DNA of 64,000 nt from a virus (Duplodnaviria; Caudoviricetes). The notes below the pieces were generated by a model. It did not search any database. It worked only from the letters and a program-made list of their open reading frames with translations, and was not told the DNA's origin. Positions within the stretch are counted from its first letter, which is position 1; each line of letters opens with the position of its first letter. The stretch spans positions 456 to 64,455 of IMG/VR virus record IMGVR_UViG_3300036804_000259. The stretch is one strand, 5' to 3'. Shown piece by piece: positions 57,403-64,000 of the stretch. A program made the translations under genes and the position numbers.

Positions 57403-57927
57403 TTAGGTCATTACTGCGGTGAATTGGCCCAAGAGCCACACATCGCTCGAGGCGCTCGTTTGCAGAAAGCAGTCCAGTGAAGCACCCACTGAAAGACCGC
57501 TCGTATCAGCCGGCCGGAAATAAGCAAGCAGCGTCCAATCAAGCGCGTCATTGACCGTCAGGACCAGGTCCGGCCCGAGTTGCTTAACGAATAACAGGGT
57601 CGTGCCCTGCATGGCGATAAACTGAACGGTGTAACTGCTCGGAGGCGGATTCGTGCCGAGCCAAGCAATCGTCGACTTGACTTGAAAGGAAGTGCCTGGC
57701 CCGAAATAAAAGGTCGTTTCTGAAACCGGCGGAGTCGGCCCCCCGTTCGGCGGACAGGGCGGACAAGGAGGGCAAGGAGGGCAAGGACCGCCTTCCGGCG
57801 TAATGATGTAATAGCTCGGATCCCAAGGAACAGGGATAGAGCGCGGCCCGATCTCCCCTGGTGTAGGCGGAGGCGCATCTCTCCGGCTTGGCAACAGGAG
57901 AGGATAAGTTGGCCTGGGGTATCTCAT
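57403..57927 (-). CDS. Pro/Cys-rich structural protein with (CPP)4
   Basis: CPPCPPCPPCPP then a beta-rich domain. Confidence 0.6.
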   Translation of the reverse strand: MRYPRPTYPLLLPSRRDAPPPTPGEIGPRSIPVPWDPSYYIITPEGGPCPPCPPCPPCPPNGGPTPPVSETTFYFGPGTSFQVKSTIAWLGTNPPPSSYTVQFIAMQGTTLLFVKQLGPDLVLTVNDALDWTLLAYFRPADTSGLSVGASLDCFLQTSASSDVWLLGQFTAVMT

Positions 57928-57939
57928 CCCCAGCGGAGA

Positions 57940-58146
57940 TCAGTGCTGCCAAGCGCCACCAAAAATGATTGTCGGTAGTCCCGGTGCGCAGCCTGGAGGC
58001 ACGGCTTTCGGGCCGGCTTCCGGCGCCGGGTAACCGCCCTGCCCTGGAGTTACTGTAGGCGGATAAACTGGTGTTGCGGGGCACATGAGCCCCGTTGGAT
58101 TCCACGAAGTCGTGGCCAATGGTGTTGCAGAAGAACCGTTGCTCAT
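57940..58146 (-). CDS. small Pro-rich protein
   Basis: 68 aa, leads the minus-strand operon. Confidence 0.5.
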   Translation of the reverse strand: MSNGSSATPLATTSWNPTGLMCPATPVYPPTVTPGQGGYPAPEAGPKAVPPGCAPGLPTIIFGGAWQH

Positions 58147-58190
58147 ACGGCTCGCATTTTATCCTAAGCTGGTTGATAAAGCGATGGAGA

Positions 58191-58997
58191 ATGAGCCACC
58201 TACTTTTCGCGCTCCAGCTGTCGCCGATCGATGCCAACGCCGCAGTGGAATTAATCGACGTGGTTACCGGCATCGAAGCGGCCCATCCATCTACCTGCCG
58301 GCCGAGCTGGCTCATTAGCTACCGAAAAGACACTCCCTTGATCCGAGTTCACGCGATCGAACAAAAGCTTTGCCAGCATTACGACAGTGTCTGGCTAGCG
58401 ATGGCCAAGGAATACGCTAGCGGTTGGCCGGGGGGCTCAAATGCGCTCTGGCGTTCGACTATGCGCGACGTGGCCGAACTCGCTAAACTGGGCGAACTGG
58501 ATTGTGCCGGCGTTCTGACCTTTGAACCCGATTGTTGCCCTTTACGTCTCGATTGGATCGATGTACTCGACCAGGCTTACGGCTCCCGTTTGCAGCCTAT
58601 TGTCGGCAACCTCCATGACCGAGGAATCGAGGAAGCCCAACATATCAACGGTAACGCCATGTGGCCGGTTACCGCGGTGAGCGATTGGCCGAACATTCTC
58701 CAAACGCCGGCAGGAATCGCCTGGGACTTTTATCATCGGAAGTTTTTCCTCAACTACTCAGAAGACACGCCTTTTCTCACCCAGATTTACCGGCGGAAAA
58801 ATCTCACCAAAGAGGTCTTCGAGGGAATCGTAAAAGGCGGCGAACGGCCGGCGCTCCTGCACGGAATCAAAGACGGTTCCGCAATCGAGATGGCTCGTCG
58901 CGCTTTTGTTCATGGCACCCGCGCCCGCGCTGGCGTTCGCGCTCGGACTGTTGGATCAGAGGCCGCGCCAACTAAAAGCCGGATGCAGTCTCCATGA
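58191..58997 (+). CDS. glycosyltransferase-like protein
   Basis: GWPGGSN, FEPDCCPL..DWID, HINGNAMW, AWD, LLHGIKDGS. Confidence 0.55.
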   Translation: MSHLLFALQLSPIDANAAVELIDVVTGIEAAHPSTCRPSWLISYRKDTPLIRVHAIEQKLCQHYDSVWLAMAKEYASGWPGGSNALWRSTMRDVAELAKLGELDCAGVLTFEPDCCPLRLDWIDVLDQAYGSRLQPIVGNLHDRGIEEAQHINGNAMWPVTAVSDWPNILQTPAGIAWDFYHRKFFLNYSEDTPFLTQIYRRKNLTKEVFEGIVKGGERPALLHGIKDGSAIEMARRAFVHGTRARAGVRARTVGSEAAPTKSRMQSP

Positions 58998-59317
58998 CGA
59001 TATTCGATGACGGACCAGCAAAAGGTCTGACTCTGTCCTTGAGCCGAGCTCCAGTGTTCTTGCGCGTGACCCAAACACCGGAGGGATTCGATGCGCTCGA
59101 TCTAATCGAGGATGAACCTAAGCCGGCAGAAAAGCTTTACGCTTATCGGCGGATTGGCGAATCGACAATGTGTTTTGTTGACGGCGTGAAGGACGGTCGA
59201 CGCACCGGTTGGCAAGAGATCATTGCCCGTTATCAACTAGTCAAAGAGCAACCTAGCGATGAACGGATGCGCTCCAAAACTGCATGGCAAGATTGGTGTA
59301 GAAATGCCGGAGCTTAA
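58994..59317 (+). CDS. hypothetical protein
   Basis: ATGA-coupled; FDDGPA.G...DALD...DEP...E. Confidence 0.7.
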   Translation: MTIFDDGPAKGLTLSLSRAPVFLRVTQTPEGFDALDLIEDEPKPAEKLYAYRRIGESTMCFVDGVKDGRRTGWQEIIARYQLVKEQPSDERMRSKTAWQDWCRNAGA

Positions 59318-60072
59318 GCCGCTAGCAATGCGTCGAATTTGGCTTGCAGCGCAGCATTCCAATCTCCATGCGACCAGTACACTCGCAGCGGCCAATAGGT
59401 GCCTCGCGGTTGATGGACGAGCGCATAACGGCCCGGCTGAAATTTCGCTGCGTACAGCCCCAAGCTTTCGTAATCGCAAAATACTTTGGGATGTTTCATG
59501 AACTTCCGATAGTCGAACGGAACGTCCGAGAAGACTGCTTTCTCAAACGGCAATCCTACGACCTGCTCAATGCGCGCTCGGAGCTTCGGGAATGTGTCAT
59601 GCCAGAACGCGAAGGGCGGAGCGATCATGTAGTTTTTATCGAGCTTCACGCCCATCACGCGCTCGGTCGGTGGTCCCCACACTTTCAAGCCGACTGTGAG
59701 ATCGGTATCGTTCGGATCCTCATCCCAGTTGCGGTAGCGAATGATCGGAACGCCTTTCTCGAGCAAATCGTCAATGTGCAACGGCTCGAGCAAGATATGG
59801 TCCGAGTCCATTAAGAGAATCAGATCCGCGTCGGAGTATTTATCGGCGCTGGCTTTCTGAGCCATAGCGAACGCATACCCATCCGGCCAGGGATCCACAA
59901 AGTGATACTGCGTCCGCGGCAAGCCCCAGGTATCGGTGACGTCCTTGCAATCTCGGTTGACGATGACCTGCACTCCAAAGGCACCTCGCAGATGTTTATG
60001 GAGCAGCTGCATCGAATAGCAAAGCCAATTAAGGTCTTTGCGATAGCTGGTATAAACGACGTCGACAGTCAT
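59314..60072 (-). CDS. glycosyltransferase-like protein (GT-A, DxD)
   Basis: VVYTSYRKDL.WL..S, QK..AD.Y..AD.ILLMDSD, CDYESLG.Y, YWSHG. Confidence 0.65.
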   Translation of the reverse strand: MTVDVVYTSYRKDLNWLCYSMQLLHKHLRGAFGVQVIVNRDCKDVTDTWGLPRTQYHFVDPWPDGYAFAMAQKASADKYSDADLILLMDSDHILLEPLHIDDLLEKGVPIIRYRNWDEDPNDTDLTVGLKVWGPPTERVMGVKLDKNYMIAPPFAFWHDTFPKLRARIEQVVGLPFEKAVFSDVPFDYRKFMKHPKVFCDYESLGLYAAKFQPGRYALVHQPRGTYWPLRVYWSHGDWNAALQAKFDALLAA

Positions 60073-60488
60073 AGGATATTAATTAGCAAATCAAGGCCCA
60101 ATGTCGTGACGACAAATTGGGCGGCTTCGATGTAACTCTGCGTCACCAGCACTGGCGTGCCGCGCTCGCATTGTCGAGCCAGAAAATCTTTCTGCGCTTG
60201 CCTTAGCTTACCGAACTCGCTTTTAAATTCGACGAAGCAGTGGCGCTCGCCTTTCCACACATGGAAATCCGGAGTTCCGACCTTAATTGTGGCCGGCTTA
60301 TCCATGCGTGAGTGCGTGTAGTCAAGGTCGTGCCGATCCAACCAACCGATGAAGCGTTTGTGCTCCTGCTTCTCCTCTTTTGCAGCGACCCGCTCATAAA
60401 CCTCCATCGCCGTGAATTGCCCTTTGGCATACTTGCGCCGGTCGCTAGCGCTCATGCACTTGAGGATGTTTTCCGGTACAAGGCTCAT
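60069..60488 (-). CDS. VRR-NUC (PD-(D/E)xK) nuclease
   Basis: EKQEH, GTPDF, FVEFK...GKL...QK. Confidence 0.88.
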   Translation of the reverse strand: MSLVPENILKCMSASDRRKYAKGQFTAMEVYERVAAKEEKQEHKRFIGWLDRHDLDYTHSRMDKPATIKVGTPDFHVWKGERHCFVEFKSEFGKLRQAQKDFLARQCERGTPVLVTQSYIEAAQFVVTTLGLDLLINIL

Positions 60489-60505
60489 GCTATACTTGAA
60501 GCCAT

Positions 60506-60874
60506 ATGATGACTAAGGAGCAGGCTAGGCGGACCGCTCAAATACTCTACCCGCAAATCTTCGCGAGCAACCCGCTCGAAGCGGTCGCCAAAGCCATCGA
60601 GTTTCTGCATGAAGCAGCCGGTGAGCCGGCACCCAGTGCGCATCTCAATGATTCTGGCTCGGACGCGAAAACTTCTGCCGTCGTGGAGGCTTTGAGAGCC
60701 CACATGAAACGGGCGCACTTGCATGTAAATGTCACGGCCCGAGCCATCGGCGTTTCCGCTTATACGGTCAGAACTTGGTTAGAGGGCAAATATGCGCCCA
60801 ACGAAGCTAACACCAAAAAGATCGCTAACTTTTTGGAGCAGCTTGATGCGACTCCGGAGATTTTGACGCCTTGA
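60506..60874 (+). CDS. XRE-family HTH regulator
   Basis: ARAIGVSAYTVRTWLEGKYAP...KKI. Confidence 0.8.
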   Translation: MMTKEQARRTAQILYPQIFASNPLEAVAKAIEFLHEAAGEPAPSAHLNDSGSDAKTSAVVEALRAHMKRAHLHVNVTARAIGVSAYTVRTWLEGKYAPNEANTKKIANFLEQLDATPEILTP

Positions 60875-61457
60875 GGATGCCGACCGACAACACAAAACGA
60901 CCAGTCGCAATGTGCAGCGTCCCATTCGGTTGGCCCTGAGCCAACTCTACCAATTGTCGCACGGTGGTATCAAACGATACCACCGTGCCGGCCGGCGCTG
61001 CTGCTGCTGTTAACGGAGGCGCGACCGAGGAAACTAGTTTTTCCTGCACCGGAGCCGGCGCTGGAGACACTTTTTTATTAAGGTCAATGTCCATGCCGGT
61101 AAACACGCTCGGCACGGCTAGCGCGGGATTAGCGGCCTTAAACTCCGATACTGGATCCGGCGGCGGAATGTTTTTTCCCTTTAATGTCCGCTGATCAGGA
61201 CTCGGCCGCGGATTGGTCACTGGATTCTGGACCTGCGACCGGATTTTAGTCGTCTCATTGCGAATAACGCCGCCTCGAATATTGACTCCGCGGTTAGCGA
61301 GACTTGGTGGTTTATTGGGCGAACTTGGCGAACTAGGCGCCGGACTTGGCGAACTCGAAGTGACCGGCGCGGGCGGTTGGCCGTTACTCACCGCCCGCGC
61401 TGCGGCCAGCTCGTCGGCGACTCCTGCATTCAACCACTTGTCTATATCACCGCTCAT
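60825..61457 (-). CDS. Pro/Ser-rich hypothetical protein
   Basis: ATGA-coupled to the recombinase; overlaps the HTH gene end. Confidence 0.6.
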   Translation of the reverse strand: MSGDIDKWLNAGVADELAAARAVSNGQPPAPVTSSSPSPAPSSPSSPNKPPSLANRGVNIRGGVIRNETTKIRSQVQNPVTNPRPSPDQRTLKGKNIPPPDPVSEFKAANPALAVPSVFTGMDIDLNKKVSPAPAPVQEKLVSSVAPPLTAAAAPAGTVVSFDTTVRQLVELAQGQPNGTLHIATGRFVLSVGILKASKSPESHQAAPKS

Positions 61458-62578
61458 GTGACCGAAAATTCTAAGCTGGCTGTTGCCGGATGGGCTTGGT
61501 CCCACAAAATACGTTCTCTTATCGCCATGTAATGGGCTTTCAAGTCCGCATCCAGACCACCCCAGGATTCCTGCATCCGACCTAATAGCCCCGTCAGGCC
61601 ATTGACCTCGCCGATGGTTAAACTGCCCACCGTGCGACCTCTCAGCGCCTCAATGCGGTTGATTACGAAATCCGGCCAAGCCGGTTGGGGGGGAGGGGGA
61701 GGAGGAGGAGGTGCTGGCGCCGTTATCCGCGGCAGAGGCGGTGCTGCGCTGACCTGGGGAAGGGTCGGAATCACGCCTAGATCTATTCCAGGCACCGGAC
61801 CATTTGGACCCGGCTGGGGATGCTGTTCGCGCTCTAGCCGCTGTACTTCATCGATCGGCAGATTGCCTTTCAATCGCTCTTTATCCCAATACTCTTTCTC
61901 CGCGCGAGCTCGACGAATCATCTCCGCTTCAATCGCTTCTTCACTGTCCGGATCCAGAACGTCTTGCAACTCTTCGGAGATGTAGAGCCCCGAGCATTGA
62001 TTCGGGAACGCTCCACGATAGGCGCCGGCTAAAGAGCATTTGCCCAACATGTGAGAACCCATCCGTTTCCAGAATGGATTCGGAATCGGATCGCCGCTCT
62101 GCCCCCATTTGAGTTGAACGTATGCGTCCCACCGGCAAACCTGGATTTGAGCGCGTGGCCGGTCTTTTCGATATACGCTGGCTCGCGCTGCCTTTGGCGG
62201 TGCGCTCTCAAGCCAAACGTCTTTCCATTGACCGTCCTCGCCGCACCACTCCGGTGTCGATTCGCCATCAAGTTGTCCGGAGCGATCACCGATCGAGCGT
62301 AACCCTTGTAGCGTCGTGATGATCAAAAAGGTCGGAGTCTTGTTACCGTCCTCTTCGGTCTTGTGTCTCACGTCCGGCCGAATTTGACCGGTGAAAGGAT
62401 CCAATCTCGTTCGTTCAACTACTTCGAAAAAGTAGGCTTTCTGATTCTCATCCAGCTTTTCGCAAAGGGCCGACTTGGCTAAAATGTCGCGCTGCTCCGG
62501 AGTAAGAAAGGGAACGTGTTTAGCGGGCGCCGTGGTCTGATCAACCGCAGGCCCGCCATTCTGCTTTGCGCTTGCCAT
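61454..62578 (-). CDS. RecT/Bet-like single-strand annealing recombinase
   Basis: LDPFTGQI, GLRSIGDRSGQ.DG, W.DVW....P.AA...VYR, W......ML.KC.....R.AFP...SGLY..EE. Confidence 0.88.
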   Translation of the reverse strand: MASAKQNGGPAVDQTTAPAKHVPFLTPEQRDILAKSALCEKLDENQKAYFFEVVERTRLDPFTGQIRPDVRHKTEEDGNKTPTFLIITTLQGLRSIGDRSGQLDGESTPEWCGEDGQWKDVWLESAPPKAARASVYRKDRPRAQIQVCRWDAYVQLKWGQSGDPIPNPFWKRMGSHMLGKCSLAGAYRGAFPNQCSGLYISEELQDVLDPDSEEAIEAEMIRRARAEKEYWDKERLKGNLPIDEVQRLEREQHPQPGPNGPVPGIDLGVIPTLPQVSAAPPLPRITAPAPPPPPPPPQPAWPDFVINRIEALRGRTVGSLTIGEVNGLTGLLGRMQESWGGLDADLKAHYMAIRERILWDQAHPATASLEFSVT

Positions 62579-62611
62579 AAGGACTAGGGAAACGCACCTA
62601 GCCCCGCTCAG

Positions 62612-62791
62612 TCAAGACTCACTTTGGCAAGCAGAGAGCTGTAAATCTATTTCCTCAATCTTGCGGCAGACTGAATTGAGCCGCCAGTAAGTTAACCAGC
62701 CCAAATTGCCAGCATCGATCAACCGCTGGATCGCAGCCAGCTTGCGCTCCAATTTAGCGAGAGACTTCCTTAACTTCAGGGTCGAACTCAT
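62612..62791 (-). CDS. 59 aa hypothetical protein
   Basis: Hand translation MSSTLKLRKSLAKLERK..., ATGA-coupled. Confidence 0.45.
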   Translation of the reverse strand: MSSTLKLRKSLAKLERKLAAIQRLIDAGNLGWLTYWRLNSVCRKIEEIDLQLSACQSES

Positions 62792-63216
62792 AGCATTGAG
62801 ATTAAGAGCGGTATCAAGATCTGGCGCATCTGGACGTCTCTGATCGGTTCCGCTCTGCCCCCAGGCGCTTCCTTGATCTTCTGATCCATTGACCGCACGG
62901 CCTCATCTTCGCCAACCATCGCCGCGATTAAATCCCGAAAGTCACCAAACGTTTCCGGCCCAGCCGGATCCGCCCCAATCTGCCCTAAAGGATCGACAAT
63001 CGCGACCTCCATCAAATCCTTACTAAACGAGTTGGCCTGGACCTCGATCCCCATCGCCTCCTCCTGGCTGAAACGGCCCGCATCGACCAAGCGCCGGGTG
63101 TAACCGCACCCACCCGCTATCCACCAACCGCCGTGCTCTTCACTCCACACGACATAACGCTCCGGCATCTCTCTGGCCTCGTTCTCAACAAAGTCTTTAA
63201 AGTGTTCTGCGCTCAT
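62788..63216 (-). CDS. hypothetical phage protein
   Basis: YVVWSEEH..WW...GYT....AGRFS.EEA. Confidence 0.7.
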   Translation of the reverse strand: MSAEHFKDFVENEAREMPERYVVWSEEHGGWWIAGGCGYTRRLVDAGRFSQEEAMGIEVQANSFSKDLMEVAIVDPLGQIGADPAGPETFGDFRDLIAAMVGEDEAVRSMDQKIKEAPGGRAEPIRDVQMRQILIPLLISML

Positions 63217-63484
63217 CGGCCCTCCGCTCCAAAGCCACTTTTATCAACTCCTGGTGCTCTTGATGTAACAACTCGAGCTTGGCTCGCAAGTCGACTGCTC
63301 CCTTCCTGAGTTCCTCGATCTCTTGAGCCAGGTCACGCTTCGGCTCTTCGATCATAGAGAGCAACAACTTGCGATAGCCGCGGATGCGCTCCGGCCAAGT
63401 GCCCCCGCTGTCTTGGAGGAAGTTCCCGGCTAGCTCGCAGATGTATTCGAGGTCTTTAAGCTGGGTAGGATTAAATTGGCTCAT
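63197..63484 (-). CDS. hypothetical coiled-coil protein
   Basis: ATGA-coupled. Confidence 0.6.
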   Translation of the reverse strand: MSQFNPTQLKDLEYICELAGNFLQDSGGTWPERIRGYRKLLLSMIEEPKRDLAQEIEELRKGAVDLRAKLELLHQEHQELIKVALERRADERRTL

Positions 63485-63933
63485 GGTAAGAACTCCTTGA
63501 TCCTGTCTCGGAACTTGCCTCCGTCGACCTCGTTAACCTTGATCGCACGCTGCAAGGCGTCCGCGATCCAGCTCTGAAAACCTATCCCTTCCGGCACCTC
63601 TTTGAGTTCGGTACAAATCCGGTTATGGTCGCGAACAATTTCCCAGGATTTAAAGTGCGTCTCCTTGGCATCGCCCATTAAGCACACAACCGCTTCCTGG
63701 CGGTCTGGCCGGTTTCTAGGTTCTTTACCAATCGGAGGCGGGGCGTTGCTTCCCTCATGTGTCGCCCTTGCTGTCCAGACCTCGGAGACAAAGGAAAACG
63801 CGATTACGTCGTCTTTGATGATCTTAAGGCAGACGTTAAAAACCAATTCCTTTTTCTCTTTGGCATCGCCCCACGGTGTCGCAACTATGTCGTGGCCACC
63901 ATCGCGCTTGATCAGGTGAAAAAACGTCATCAT
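63481..63933 (-). CDS. hypothetical phage protein (start may be further upstream)
   Basis: FVSEVW...P...PDRQEAVV motif. Confidence 0.65.
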   Translation of the reverse strand: MMTFFHLIKRDGGHDIVATPWGDAKEKKELVFNVCLKIIKDDVIAFSFVSEVWTARATHEGSNAPPPIGKEPRNRPDRQEAVVCLMGDAKETHFKSWEIVRDHNRICTELKEVPEGIGFQSWIADALQRAIKVNEVDGGKFRDRIKEFLP

Positions 63934-64000
63934 CTCAGTCTCTTCGGGTTCGCCGAAGAGTTGCCCTTTTTTCCCGAGCAGGTTCCAGTTGGCGTGCTCG

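Noticed and set aside
1-64000. Stop-codon reassignment, or inteins/introns in terminase, helicase or capsid
   Set aside because: Genes are full length and tightly packed under the standard bacterial code; no intein motifs or unexplained splits seen
1-64000. Integrase, DNA polymerase, primase, endolysin, tape measure
   Set aside because: No supporting motifs in this window; they may lie outside it, so lifestyle cannot be called

Overview
The whole window reads as part of a dsDNA tailed-phage (Caudoviricetes) genome: densely packed genes with many ATGA overlaps, and no host housekeeping genes, rRNA, tRNA or CRISPR that I could see. Recognisable by motif are a large terminase (47.1-48.9 kb), SF2 helicase, RecT/Bet-like recombinase, VRR-NUC, two HNH nucleases, KTSC, DUF932 and three tail-collar paralogues. 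Assigned mainly by size, composition and position are a portal (28.3-30.7 kb), scaffold, major capsid protein (42.0-43.2 kb), tail nozzle, duplicated head-tail adaptor and low-complexity internal/ejection proteins. No tape measure or sheath gene is evident, so a podovirus-like virion is inferred. The standout feature is an apparently intact ycaO-tfuA pair (7539-10137), the enzyme pair known for backbone thioamidation. It sits translationally coupled inside the tail/internal-virion operon with no RiPP transporter, protease or obvious leader-core precursor, which suggests thioamidation of virion/ejection proteins or of a host target. The window also holds three glycosyltransferase-like genes, two polysaccharide-active proteins, several repeat proteins, recurrent leaderless-type promoters, a parS-like site and a structured capsid-gene leader. 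All family calls come from reading motifs by eye; no database searches were run.
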